A stretch of 64,000 bases of DNA from Bacillus subtilis subsp. subtilis str. 168 (GTDB lineage: Bacteria; Bacillota; Bacilli; Bacillales; Bacillaceae), in assembly GCF_000009045.1 (NCBI RefSeq), contig NC_000964.3, forward strand, positions 2,852,001 through 2,916,000, in the 5' to 3' direction. Positions 47,966 through 58,011 of the stretch are shown here, piece after piece. Position numbers and translations under genes: made by a program. The notes below the pieces were generated by a model. It was not told where the DNA came from, ran no database searches, and saw only the letters and a list, made by a program, of their open reading frames with translations. Each line of letters opens with the position of its first letter. Position 1 is the first letter of the stretch.

Positions 47966-48019
47966 CGGTTTTTTAGAATTTTTTTCATGAGGAAGAAAAT
48001 TTTCTTCCTCATGACATTT

Positions 48020-48529
48020 TCATAGTGTGACTCGATTTTGCAGATCCTCAATTTCATTGCCTGCTTGGTCGTAAAAACGGACTGTCGCAGCATCATTTTC
48101 TAATGTCAGTATAGCATAGCTTTCTGTCCTGCGCACCCTCGGAAGCCGGATGCTGCCTGGGTTAATCATCAGTTTTCCGCGCAGCACTTCGCTTCCCGCG
48201 ATGTGCGAATGCCCGAAGCAGATAACATCCGCCCCGAGCTCCTCTGCACGATAGTATACGTTTAACAAGGTCTGTTTTATACCGTGAAGGTGGCCGTGTG
48301 TGACTAGTATTTTTCTTGAGCCGGCAGTCAGAAGAAGCTCGTCCTTAAAATCGCCGGCAAAATCGCAATTGCCTTTTACAACCGCATAAGGCTCCAATGC
48401 AGGATGCCTCGTCTCAAGCTCAGAGTCCCCGCAATGAATCATGAGATCAACTTCTGCCTCATGCCGTTTCGCAATGGTTTGGAGTTCTTCTTCAAGCCCA
48501 TGGCTGTCACTGATAATCAGCACGTTCAT
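48020..48529 (-). CDS. ysnB: metallophosphoesterase (YfcE/MJ0936 family)
   Basis: ISDSHG, HCGD, GNCD, HGH, FGHSH, NPGS. Confidence 0.93.
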   Translation of the reverse strand: MNVLIISDSHGLEEELQTIAKRHEAEVDLMIHCGDSELETRHPALEPYAVVKGNCDFAGDFKDELLLTAGSRKILVTHGHLHGIKQTLLNVYYRAEELGADVICFGHSHIAGSEVLRGKLMINPGSIRLPRVRRTESYAILTLENDAATVRFYDQAGNEIEDLQNRVTL

Positions 48530-48544
48530 GTACAAGCTTCCTCC

Positions 48545-49141
48545 TTATGCCTCCAAAAGCTTAGACAGCTTTTTAAGCGCGTCAGCCCTATGGCTGATTT
48601 TATTTTTTTCATCACTTGTCAGTTCAGCCATCGTCTTATCTTTATCTTTCACGATAAAAATTGGGTCATAGCCAAAGCCATATTCTCCTCTCGGTTCTTC
48701 AGCAATATACCCTTCAACATGGCCTTCGACTGTTTTTGTTTCCTCTCCGGGAATACTCACGGCCAGTGCGCAGCGGAAACGGGCGGTGCGCTGTTCTTTT
48801 TCGATACCTTTCAGCTCGCTGAGCACTTTTTCGATATTTGCCTGGTCGTCTTTCTGTTCCCCTGCATAGCGGGCTGAATAAACCCCGGGTCTGCCGCCAA
48901 GATTATCGATGGATAGTCCGGAGTCATCCGCAATCACCATTTTGTTCACTGCTTTGGCAACAGCTTCCGCTTTCATAATGGCATTTTCTTCAAATGTATG
49001 GCCTGTTTCTTCAATTTCCTCTGTGAATCCAATTTCAGCTAAAGATTTGACATCATAGCCTCTTGGCTCAAGAATTTCTTTGAATTCCTTCACTTTTCCC
49101 GGATTATGTGTTGCAATAATTGCTTCTTTCATGATGATCAA
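48545..49141 (-). CDS. rdgB: non-canonical purine NTP pyrophosphatase (RdgB/HAM1; YsnA); alternative ATG at 49132
   Basis: ATHNPGK, DDSGL, PGVYSAR, GFGYDPIF, SHR. Confidence 0.96.
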   Translation of the reverse strand: MIIMKEAIIATHNPGKVKEFKEILEPRGYDVKSLAEIGFTEEIEETGHTFEENAIMKAEAVAKAVNKMVIADDSGLSIDNLGGRPGVYSARYAGEQKDDQANIEKVLSELKGIEKEQRTARFRCALAVSIPGEETKTVEGHVEGYIAEEPRGEYGFGYDPIFIVKDKDKTMAELTSDEKNKISHRADALKKLSKLLEA

Positions 49142-49153
49142 GCCTTTCTGTCT

Positions 49154-49891
49154 TTATTTCAGTTCTGGCAGAGAATCACCCAGCACTTCTTTTTGCTTGT
49201 CAATCAGCTCTTGGATTCCTTTTTCCGCAAGACCCAGAAGACCGTTCAGATCCTCTCTAGAAAAAGTTGCCTCTTCCCCGGTTCCCTGCAATTCCACAAA
49301 ACGGCCGCTGCCTGTCATGATGACATTCATGTCAACTTCAGCAGAGGAATCTTCTTCATAATTTAAATCTAACAAAATTCCCTGTTCCTTATCAATTCCA
49401 ACAGAGATTGCAGCAAGAAAATCAGTGATCGGATTTGTCTTGATTGTTCCTGCTTTGATCAGCTTGCCAATCGCAATCGCCATAGCAAGAAATGCGCCTG
49501 TAATGGAAGCTGTTCTAGTTCCTCCATCAGCTTGAATGACATCACAGTCAATCCAAATCGTCCGTTCACCGAGCTTTTCCAGATCTACAACAGCTCGAAG
49601 CGCGCGGCCGATCAGGCGTTGGATCTCCATTGTTCTGCCGGAAATTTTCCCCTTAGAAGATTCTCTGATTGTTCTTTGGTTTGTTGCCCGCGGCAGCATG
49701 CTGTACTCTGCTGTAATCCAGCCTTTCCCTCCGCCCCGCAAAAACGGCGGTACGCGGTCCTCAACAGACGCGTTGCAGATTACCTTTGTATTTCCCGCTG
49801 TTATTAGAACAGAACCTTCCGGATGGCTGATAAAATCCAAATCGAATGTGATTGGACGCAGCTCATCGTGTTGTCTTCCGTCATGTCTCAT
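49154..49891 (-). CDS. rph: ribonuclease PH
   Basis: [33 protein letters not shown]. Confidence 0.99.
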   Translation of the reverse strand: MRHDGRQHDELRPITFDLDFISHPEGSVLITAGNTKVICNASVEDRVPPFLRGGGKGWITAEYSMLPRATNQRTIRESSKGKISGRTMEIQRLIGRALRAVVDLEKLGERTIWIDCDVIQADGGTRTASITGAFLAMAIAIGKLIKAGTIKTNPITDFLAAISVGIDKEQGILLDLNYEEDSSAEVDMNVIMTGSGRFVELQGTGEEATFSREDLNGLLGLAEKGIQELIDKQKEVLGDSLPELK

Positions 49892-50001
49892 GTTTTACCT
49901 CCGATTGTATGTACATAAACCATTTTTGTCCCGGAATTGAATAAAGAAAGAGGCAGCCGGAACGCTAACCTCTTTCTTCCTAGTATATCAAAAATCCCAA
50001 T

Positions 50002-51102
50002 TTAAAAACTACCCGTATTCACTTGAGATGGTCTGGAGACCGGTTCTGTGAGCTTTTCGCCTTTTTCATTTACCAGCTCTGATTTTCCGTTCACTTTAAC
50101 AGAGACGCTTTTTACATCCGGCTGCTCCGTTAACGTCAGCACAATGCTGTTCAGCACTTCTGAAGAAATCATTTTCGTCTTCTCATCGGCGCTGCCGAAT
50201 ATAGATTGATTGAAATCCAACGTCACGCGCCCGTCTTTGATTTTCGGTTTGCTGACCAGCTTTACATCTTCACTGAAGTCTGTTAACAGCCCGCTCACCT
50301 TGCTCGGCCCTTTAGCCAATTCATTAATGGCTGCTGTGATGTCGTCTTTTTCCGAATTGTCGATTCGTTTGGTCACCGGCACGTAGTATTCACTGTCTTC
50401 ATTTTCCGCCAAATAGTAGACTGTCAGCGGATGGGTAGCAGTGAGATCATTTACACCGGCTGTTTCCAAATTAATGCCGTCTTTGCGGCTTAAATCATCT
50501 GAGATCGGCGTCCCTCCTACAGGCATCTCCTTCAGTTCATGCCCGTTTATTCTCAGCTTCACTTTATCTATCGAACTAAATTGCGTCAGCGTCCACGTCA
50601 CAGATTGAACGATTTTCTGTTCGTCTTCTTTCTTATAATTTTTGAACTCATTAGAGAAATCAGCTATCGCCGTTCCATCTTTTTTGATGTCAACGTTAAC
50701 GGTGGTGTCAGCCGGCAATACAGCTCTGAAGCCATTCGGAAGAATTTCAGACACAGGCCCGCCCTGTACGAGGTATTCAAGCGCCTGCTTAGCCGTGCTC
50801 TCACTTTTAGGAAGAGGCAGCGTTTGCGCAACAACATACCCGTTTTTATCAATGAGATAAAGCTCCCTCATAACAGTAGATGAGGCTTGATCCGCTTTTG
50901 CGGTATCGCTTTTTTCACTTTCTGTTTTTTTGGCTGCTGTTGTATTTGAATTGGCACCCGCTTCATCGTTCACGAATGTAACGTCTTGAGGCGGATCAAT
51001 TTCCTCGGCTGCCTTATCAGATTGAAACAAACCGCATCCGGATAAAAGCAAGGCAGAGGTGAGACAAGTGGCACCAATGACTGCAGGTCCTTTTTTCAGC
51101 AT
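50002..51102 (-). CDS. gerM: germination/cortex lipoprotein GerM
   Basis: lipobox LLLSGC, two GerMN domains. Confidence 0.95.
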   Translation of the reverse strand: MLKKGPAVIGATCLTSALLLSGCGLFQSDKAAEEIDPPQDVTFVNDEAGANSNTTAAKKTESEKSDTAKADQASSTVMRELYLIDKNGYVVAQTLPLPKSESTAKQALEYLVQGGPVSEILPNGFRAVLPADTTVNVDIKKDGTAIADFSNEFKNYKKEDEQKIVQSVTWTLTQFSSIDKVKLRINGHELKEMPVGGTPISDDLSRKDGINLETAGVNDLTATHPLTVYYLAENEDSEYYVPVTKRIDNSEKDDITAAINELAKGPSKVSGLLTDFSEDVKLVSKPKIKDGRVTLDFNQSIFGSADEKTKMISSEVLNSIVLTLTEQPDVKSVSVKVNGKSELVNEKGEKLTEPVSRPSQVNTGSF

Positions 51103-51183
51103 ACTTTTCCCTCCTAAGGATGTTTGTACTATTATGTATACGAGCCTCTTTAGGAAATAGACCGAAGAATTCCGGCAAAACAG

Positions 51184-51212
51184 AAAAAAACCCGCAACAT
51201 ACCGTTGCGGGG
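51184..51212 (-). terminator. terminator after racE
   Basis: CCCGCAAC-ggtat-GTTGCGGG-T7. Confidence 0.88.
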
Positions 51213-51216
51213 AAAA

Positions 51217-52035
51217 CTATCTTTTAATCGGTTCTTGCAGTGAGATACATTCCACATGCCCGACTTCATGGCCAAACCAATCGTCTGCGATTTTTGCAAA
51301 CTGATCACGCGCCCCTGTTGTCAGGAACTGATGATCCGGGGCAATCGGAGACTGGTTCAGCAGCCCTTTATAAGAGAGAATTGTGCTGACTTCCCGGGCT
51401 GTTTCATCGCCGGACGAAATAATGTTTACGTGCTCTCCCATATATCTTTGAATGGCTTCTTTTAAAATAGGGTAATGGGTGCAGCCTAAAATCAGCGAAT
51501 CAATTGATGTGTCTTTTAACGGATACAGCGAGGTTTTAACAATCTCGTCTGCTGTTTTGTCGAGAAACTTCCCGCTTTCCACAAAAGGCACAAGCAGCGG
51601 GCAGGCAAGGTTTTCAACCTTCAAATCAGGGTTTAATGCCAAAAGCGCTTCTTCGTATGCATTGCTCTTAATCGTATTCTCTGTGCCGATGACACCGATA
51701 TGCTGATTATCCGTCACTTTTATCGCTGCTCTCGCACCAGGCTGGATGACTCCGACCACCGGTATACCGACGCTGCGCTGGATGTCATCCAAAGCGATCG
51801 CTGTTGCTGTATTACAGGCGATCACGAGCATTTTGATGTGGTGGTTTTCGAGTAAATAATTCGTCAGCTCCCACGTATATTGAAGCACCTCTTCTTCAGG
51901 GCGCGGCCCGTAAGGACACCGTTTCGTATCCCCGACGTAGATAATATTTTCTTTAGGTAGCTGTCTCATGATTTCCTTCGCAACGGTTAAACCGCCAACC
52001 CCGGAATCAATGACTCCTATTGGTTGTTCCAACAA
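51217..52035 (-). CDS. racE: glutamate racemase
   Basis: DSGVGG, VIACNTA, LGCTHY. Confidence 0.99.
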
Positions 52036-52042
52036 AATCGCC

Positions 52043-52483
52043 TCATTTTCTCTTCATTTCATGCTGCAGTTTCATCAAAGATTTTTCGAAGATGGCTATT
52101 TCTTCATCTGTAAACGATTCGAACATATCACGCAGATATTCCTGTCTTTTTGTAATGACCTCTTGGATAATCCGTTCTCCTTCAGGCAGCAGATGTATCC
52201 TGACAACACGTCTGTCCGCCGGGTCCTTGACCCGCTCAACAAGCTCATTTTTTTGCATGCGGTCGATTAAGTCCGTTGTCGTGCTGCATGCCAGATACAT
52301 TTTGCCCGATAATTCACCGATTGTCATATCTCCTAATTCATAAAGCCATTGCAAGCCGACAAATTGCGGCGGCGTAATCGCATATTGGTTAAGGATTTCT
52401 CGTCCTTTTTGCTTAATGATCGCGGCAATGTGGCGGAGTGACTTTTCAATATCCGCAACATGCTCCAAAGGTTTTGATGTCAT
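52043..52483 (-). CDS. ysmB: MarR-family transcriptional regulator
   Basis: [30 protein letters not shown] winged helix. Confidence 0.93.
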   Translation of the reverse strand: MTSKPLEHVADIEKSLRHIAAIIKQKGREILNQYAITPPQFVGLQWLYELGDMTIGELSGKMYLACSTTTDLIDRMQKNELVERVKDPADRRVVRIHLLPEGERIIQEVITKRQEYLRDMFESFTDEEIAIFEKSLMKLQHEMKRK

Positions 52484-52726
52484 TTGTCCATCCCTCACTC
52501 AAGGATCTCTTACGCACAAAAGCGTTCCGTGTCTATTTTCCTTCTTTTTTGAAGAAAATGCAAGACTCGCAGGAGAGAAATAGAGGACTTTAGTCAAACA
52601 ACATCAAGAAATAAAATTTAATTTATGACTTGCCTACGTTTTGCACAGCATTCCAAATATGGTTTCGAATGTTCCAAACAAACAGCAATAACCGGCTCCT
52701 TCCAAAAGAAGGAATACCGGCAAGGA

Positions 52727-52951
52727 TTAAAGCTCTAGCTCACCCATTCTAAGAAGCTCAACAACGGCTTGCGAACGCCCTTTCACACCCAATTTCTGCA
52801 TGGCATTTGAAATATGGTTTCGAACGGTTTTCTCACTGATAAATAGCTCGCTTGCAATCTCCTTTGTTGTCTTATCTTGAACGAGCAATTCGAACACTTC
52901 TCTTTCTCTTTTCGTTAGCAGCGGCTTCGATTGAAATTCTTTCTCCTTCAA
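52727..52951 (-). CDS. gerE: late mother-cell LuxR-type regulator GerE
   Basis: [26 protein letters not shown]. Confidence 0.98.
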   Translation of the reverse strand: MKEKEFQSKPLLTKREREVFELLVQDKTTKEIASELFISEKTVRNHISNAMQKLGVKGRSQAVVELLRMGELEL

Positions 52952-53018
52952 GTATTGTAACCCTCCTTGCTAAGGTGAGAGCGAATCAGAAACGAATGGG
53001 TTTTGATATAGTCGAGAT

Positions 53019-53045
53019 ATCATATGTAAGAAGGGCGCAGGAGGT
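53019..53045 (-). promoter_or_regulatory. sigmaK promoter of gerE
   Basis: ACC-N16-CATATGAT. Confidence 0.8.
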
Positions 53046-53066
53046 GACGTTTACAAGATAATTAGT

Positions 53067-53510
53067 TTATCGTGTATGAAGAAGCGTTTCTTTCTCCTCA
53101 TCCGTCCAGCTGACAGCCTTGCCGCTTTCCTTTGAGACTTGAACCATCACGACTGCCCCGGTGAAGCAGGGTTCGCCTTCGAGGTTCTCTCCGAGATAGT
53201 GCAAGGTAAGAGATGAACTGCCGACTGCGCTTGTTTTCACATAGATGCGCAACTCTTCATAAGGCATGACTTGGCGCAAATAATCGCATTGCTGGCTTGC
53301 CACGACTGTCATGGTCTGTTTGTTTTCACTCATCATATTCAGCTTTTTAAAATAAGAAATCCGCACCTCCTCAAAATATATAAAAGGGGTTACATTATTC
53401 ATATGCCCAAACATGTCTGTCTCGGAAAATCTTACGGATACCTTATTGAAAAAAGAAAAGGATGTTTTCCATTCTTGAAACGGCATATCAATATAAGCGG
53501 GAAGCTTCAT
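53067..53510 (-). CDS. ysmA: 4-HBA-CoA-type acyl-CoA thioesterase
   Basis: VRFSETDMFGHMNN hotdog-fold motif. Confidence 0.88.
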   Translation of the reverse strand: MKLPAYIDMPFQEWKTSFSFFNKVSVRFSETDMFGHMNNVTPFIYFEEVRISYFKKLNMMSENKQTMTVVASQQCDYLRQVMPYEELRIYVKTSAVGSSSLTLHYLGENLEGEPCFTGAVVMVQVSKESGKAVSWTDEEKETLLHTR

Positions 53511-53533
53511 CTTTTTTCATCTCCTTATTGTTT

Positions 53534-53566
53534 AAAAAAACCTCTCCCATGCGGAAGAGGTTTTTT
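53534..53566. terminator. terminator of sdhCAB
   Basis: AAAAAACCTCTTCC-gcat-GGGAGAGG-T7. Confidence 0.88.
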
Positions 53567-53570
53567 CTTC

Positions 53571-54332
53571 TTATACTCTGTCGCTTCCGAAGAAATTGCG
53601 GAACGCTTGTAAGTTTGTATCTCTATTCAAGGCTGCAATCGAAGTGGTAAGCGGAATCCCCTTCGGACAGGATTGAACACAGTTTTGCGAGTTGCCGCAA
53701 TCTGCAAGGCCGCCTTCATCCATTAATGCTTCTAATCGTTCAGATTTATTCATGGCGCCTGTCGGATGCGCGTTAAACAGGCGGACTTGCGACATCGGTG
53801 CAGGCCCCATGAACTTCGATTTGCTGTTCACATTCGGGCAAGCTTCGAGGCAGACGCCGCATGTCATGCATTTTGATAATTCATATGCCCATTGACGACG
53901 TTTTTCCGGCATTCTCGGCCCCGGTCCTAAATCGTACGTACCGTCAATCGGTATCCACGCTTTTACTTTTTTCAATGAATCAAACATTCTGCTGCGATCA
54001 ACCTGCAAATCACGAACGACTGGGAATGTTTTCATTGGTTTTAAACGGATTGGCTGTTCAAGCTGGTCAATAAGCGCCGTACAAGACTGGCGGGGTTTTC
54101 CGTTTATAACCATTGAACATGCGCCGCATACTTCCTCAAGACAGTTCATATCCCATGTGACAGGGGTTGTCTTCTCACCTTTGACATTAACCGGATTCCG
54201 GCGGATTTCCATCAGAGCGGAAATGACGTTCAGATTCGGGCGGTATGGAATCTCAAATTCTTCATCATAAGGCGTGCTGTCAGCTGTATCTTGACGTGTG
54301 ATAATAAATCGTATGGTTTTTTGTTCACTCAT
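53571..54332 (-). CDS. sdhB: succinate dehydrogenase iron-sulfur subunit
   Basis: CLEEVCGAC, CMTCGVCLEACP, CGNSQNCVQSCP. Confidence 0.99.
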   Translation of the reverse strand: MSEQKTIRFIITRQDTADSTPYDEEFEIPYRPNLNVISALMEIRRNPVNVKGEKTTPVTWDMNCLEEVCGACSMVINGKPRQSCTALIDQLEQPIRLKPMKTFPVVRDLQVDRSRMFDSLKKVKAWIPIDGTYDLGPGPRMPEKRRQWAYELSKCMTCGVCLEACPNVNSKSKFMGPAPMSQVRLFNAHPTGAMNKSERLEALMDEGGLADCGNSQNCVQSCPKGIPLTTSIAALNRDTNLQAFRNFFGSDRV

Positions 54333-54334
54333 GA

Positions 54335-56095
54335 TTATTTCGCCACCTTCTTCTTCGAGTAATCCCGTTTCCGAGGCGTTATCAGTGATACATCGACATC
54401 CTGATACTCAAATTCCGGCGCTTCATACGGGCTTACATGTTTAGCCATTGTTGTTTTGAGCCATTCATCATCATTACGTTCAGGATAATCCGGTTTATAA
54501 TGGGCGCCCCGGCTTTCATTACGGTTGTATGCGCCAAGGGTAATCACCCTCGCAAGCTGAAGCATGTTCGAGAACTGGCGTGTGAACATCGCTCCCTGGT
54601 TGCTCCATTTTGTCGTGTCATTGATGTTGATCTTTTTGAAGCGCTCCATTAACTCCTGAATTTTGTCATCCGTTTTCAAAAGCTTGTCATTATGGCGGAC
54701 AACCGTTACGTTCGCCGTCATCCACTCACCGAGCTCTTTGTGAAGAACATAGGCATTTTCGGTTCCGTCCATACTCATAATATCAGCCCATTTTTCTTCT
54801 TCTTTCTTAACGTGAGCGTCGAATAAAGATGAAGACATGTCTTCCGCTGAAGATTCTAAGCCGTTTACATATTTCACCGCATTCGGACCGGCCACCATGC
54901 CTCCGTAAATCGCAGACAGCAGGGAGTTCGCTCCCAAGCGGTTGCCGCCGTGCATAGAATAATCACATTCCCCAGCCGCAAACAGTCCAGGGATATTTGT
55001 CATTTGATCGTAATCCACCCATAAACCGCCCATAGAATAATGGACCGCCGGGAAGATTTTCATTGGAAGCTTACGCGGGTCGTCTCCCATGAATTTCTCA
55101 TAAATCTCAATGATGCCGCCAAGCTTAATATCAAGCTCTTTCGGATCTTTATGAGACAGATCGAGATATACCATGTTTTCACCGTTAATACCGAGCTTCT
55201 GGTTCACACACACATCAAATATTTCGCGTGTCGCAATATCACGCGGCACCAGGTTTCCGTATGCCGGATATTTTTCCTCCAGGAAATACCATGGTTTGCC
55301 GTCTTTATATGTCCACACGCGCCCGCCTTCACCACGCGCTGATTCACTCATCAGTCTTAGTTTGTCATCGCCCGGTATGGCTGTCGGGTGGATTTGAATG
55401 AATTCTCCGTTTGCATAATACGCTCCCTGCTGATAAACGATTGACGCAGCAGATCCTGTATTAATCATGGAGTTCGTTGATTTTCCAAAGATGATTCCCG
55501 GTCCGCCCGTCGCCATAATGACAGCGTCTGAACGGAAGGATTCAATTTGCATGTTTGTCAGGTTTTGTGCAACAATTCCGCGGCAGGTTCTGTCATCATC
55601 TAAAACAGCGCCAAGGAATTCCCAGCCTTCGTATTTTGTGACCAGACCCGCAACTTCGTATCTGCGCACTTGCTCGTCCAGTGCGTAAAGCAGCTGCTGT
55701 CCCGTCGTCGCACCAGCATAAGCAGTTCTGTGGTGCTGTGTACCCCCGAATCGGCGGAAATCAAGCAGGCCTTCAGGCGTCCGGTTAAACATGACGCCCA
55801 TCCGGTCTAATAAGTGGATGATCGAAGGCGCCGCTTCACACATCGCCTTGACCGGCGGCTGGTTGGCAAGAAAGTCTCCCCCGTATACCGTGTCATCAAA
55901 ATGTTCCCACGGAGAGTCACCTTCCCCTTTTGTATTGACCGCTCCGTTTATGCCGCCTTGCGCACAAACTGAATGAGAACGTTTGACAGGAACGATGGAA
56001 AACAATTTAACCGCCATTCCTGATTCCGCTGCTTTAATTGTCGCCATGAGGCCGGCAAGACCCCCGCCGACTACGATAATGCTTGATTGACTCAT
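54335..56095 (-). CDS. sdhA: succinate dehydrogenase flavoprotein
   Basis: GGGLAG, RSHSVCAQGG covalent-FAD His, HYSMGG, GGNRLGANSL. Confidence 0.99.
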   Translation of the reverse strand: MSQSSIIVVGGGLAGLMATIKAAESGMAVKLFSIVPVKRSHSVCAQGGINGAVNTKGEGDSPWEHFDDTVYGGDFLANQPPVKAMCEAAPSIIHLLDRMGVMFNRTPEGLLDFRRFGGTQHHRTAYAGATTGQQLLYALDEQVRRYEVAGLVTKYEGWEFLGAVLDDDRTCRGIVAQNLTNMQIESFRSDAVIMATGGPGIIFGKSTNSMINTGSAASIVYQQGAYYANGEFIQIHPTAIPGDDKLRLMSESARGEGGRVWTYKDGKPWYFLEEKYPAYGNLVPRDIATREIFDVCVNQKLGINGENMVYLDLSHKDPKELDIKLGGIIEIYEKFMGDDPRKLPMKIFPAVHYSMGGLWVDYDQMTNIPGLFAAGECDYSMHGGNRLGANSLLSAIYGGMVAGPNAVKYVNGLESSAEDMSSSLFDAHVKKEEEKWADIMSMDGTENAYVLHKELGEWMTANVTVVRHNDKLLKTDDKIQELMERFKKININDTTKWSNQGAMFTRQFSNMLQLARVITLGAYNRNESRGAHYKPDYPERNDDEWLKTTMAKHVSPYEAPEFEYQDVDVSLITPRKRDYSKKKVAK

Positions 56096-56128
56096 GATAG
56101 CCCCTCTCCCTCTAGTAATCTAGTACTC

Positions 56129-56737
56129 TTAAACAAATGCAAAAATCGCTTTTAAGCCTACGTATGACAGTGCAACAAAAATAATCAGCGTAACGTATGT
56201 CGAAATTCTTTGAGAACGAGGCGTTACCGTGATGCCCCATGTAACAGCGAAAGACCATAAACCGTTCGAGAAGTGGAAAATTGTTGATAAAACACCGACA
56301 ATGTAAAAACCAAGCATAGCCGGAGAGCTCAAAATATTCGCCATCATGTCGAAATTGACCTCAGCACCCATTTGTGCGGCAATGCGGGTTTCCCACACGT
56401 GCCAGCTGACGAAAATGAGGGTGATGATACCGGTTACACGCTGCAGGACGAATAGCCAGTTTCTCATGTAGCTGTATTGACCGGCGTTATTTTTCGCAGT
56501 AAACGCTATGTACACACCATAAACTGCATGATAAATTAATGGTAAGAAGATAATAAAAATTTCCAAGGCATACCTGAAAGGCAGGCTATCCATAAAATGA
56601 GCAGCGCTATTGAATGCTTCAGCGCCCCTTGCGGCAAACTGGTTGACGACTAAATGCTGAATAAGAAAGATGCCGACCGGTATGACGCCAAGCAAGGAAT
56701 GCAATCTTCGAAAATAAAACTCTCTGTTCCCAGACAT
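56129..56737 (-). CDS. sdhC: succinate dehydrogenase cytochrome b558
   Basis: 5 TM with heme-ligand His (RRLHSLLG, YHAVYG, SWHV, IFHFSNG). Confidence 0.98.
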   Translation of the reverse strand: MSGNREFYFRRLHSLLGVIPVGIFLIQHLVVNQFAARGAEAFNSAAHFMDSLPFRYALEIFIIFLPLIYHAVYGVYIAFTAKNNAGQYSYMRNWLFVLQRVTGIITLIFVSWHVWETRIAAQMGAEVNFDMMANILSSPAMLGFYIVGVLSTIFHFSNGLWSFAVTWGITVTPRSQRISTYVTLIIFVALSYVGLKAIFAFV

Positions 56738-56833
56738 TACTTTACCCCCTGTTTGATAAGTGCGAAATGTGCTAAATCTCTTCCCCCACTTCTTTCAATT
56801 GTAAGCACTTTATTAAGATTTATTGACAATTTC

Positions 56834-56862
56834 ATTTTACTCCTCCCTCAAAAGGGCGTCAA
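56834..56862 (-). promoter_or_regulatory. sigmaA promoter of sdhCAB
   Basis: TTGACG-N17-TAAAAT. Confidence 0.85.
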
Positions 56863-57029
56863 GAAAACGCGTACATAAATTATAATTTTCCGAATTGATT
56901 AGTTGATTGAAAAATTTTATTTTATCAATATATATTTCTTGCTTAATTTTTCATAAGAATTACAGGATCATTCTGTAATCCTCCCCCCTGTTTGAGCTAT
57001 AATATACGCAGGAGAGAGGGGAGACAGAT

Positions 57030-57476
57030 ATGAAGTCTAAATTTGAAGCATCTATTGACAACCTAAAAGAAATTGAAATGAACGCTTATGCCTACGAACT
57101 AATACGAGAGATCGTTCTCCCAGATATGCTTGGCCAAGATTACTCTTCCATGATGTATTGGGCAGGAAAACATCTCGCCCGTAAGTTTCCTCTTGAATCA
57201 TGGGAGGAATTTCCGGCCTTCTTTGAAGAAGCGGGCTGGGGAACCCTCACCAACGTAAGCGCTAAAAAACAGGAGCTTGAATTTGAACTTGAAGGGCCGA
57301 TCATTTCCAACCGGCTTAAGCATCAGAAAGAACCTTGCTTTCAGCTGGAGGCTGGTTTTATCGCTGAACAAATTCAATTGATGAATGATCAGATTGCCGA
57401 ATCATATGAACAAGTGAAAAAGAGAGCCGATAAAGTGGTTCTGACTGTGAAATGGGATATGAAAGACCCAGTGTAA
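57030..57476 (+). CDS. yslB: conserved protein of unknown function (V4R-like/DUF2507-like by inference)
   Basis: SD GAGGGGAG; YWAGKHLA, FFEEAGWG, CFQLEAGFIA pattern resembles V4R ligand-binding folds. Confidence 0.82.
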   Translation: MKSKFEASIDNLKEIEMNAYAYELIREIVLPDMLGQDYSSMMYWAGKHLARKFPLESWEEFPAFFEEAGWGTLTNVSAKKQELEFELEGPIISNRLKHQKEPCFQLEAGFIAEQIQLMNDQIAESYEQVKKRADKVVLTVKWDMKDPV

Positions 57477-57478
57477 TC

Positions 57479-57511
57479 AAAAAGGCGGTGACTGCATAGT
57501 CCCGCCTTTTT
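57479..57511. terminator. bidirectional terminator yslB/lysC
   Basis: AAAAAGGCGG-TGACtgcataGTC-CCGCCTTTTT. Confidence 0.88.
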
Positions 57512-57519
57512 GATTGTCA

Positions 57520-58011
57520 TTACACAGCTGAAGGGTGTTTTGAAAGCTCAAATGCATCGTGAAGCGACTCGACTGCTTTCACCATGTCATTTTCGCTTAC
57601 GACTGTTGACACTTTGATTTCAGATGTGCTGACCATTTTGATTAAAATGTTTTTTTGCGCCAGTACAGCAAACATTTCAGCCGCTACACCGGGATTTGAG
57701 ACCATGCCGGATCCAACAATAGATACTTTAGCCAATTTGCTTTCTGTCTCGATTTTCTCAAATTCCAGCGCGTCTTTATACTCTTCAAGCACCGCAACGG
57801 TTTGGTCTGCATCTTCTGTTTTGACAGAGAAGGAAATTCCAGTCTTGTCCTCGGCCTGCGTTTGGATAATGATATCCACGTTTATGTTTCTTTTGGCAAG
57901 TGTTGTAAAAATAGTAGACAAAGTTGTCAGGCCGCTAGTCAGCCCGTAAATGGTTACTCTTGTGATTTGATCTTCAAATGCAATGCCTCTGACAATTAAA
58001 TTCTGTTCCAT
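57520..58011 (-). CDS. lysC: aspartokinase II beta subunit, in-frame internal start (MEQNLIV..., 163 aa)
   Basis: internal SD GAGGAGG 8 nt before ATG at Met246; established alpha2beta2 organisation. Confidence 0.88.
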   Translation of the reverse strand: MEQNLIVRGIAFEDQITRVTIYGLTSGLTTLSTIFTTLAKRNINVDIIIQTQAEDKTGISFSVKTEDADQTVAVLEEYKDALEFEKIETESKLAKVSIVGSGMVSNPGVAAEMFAVLAQKNILIKMVSTSEIKVSTVVSENDMVKAVESLHDAFELSKHPSAV

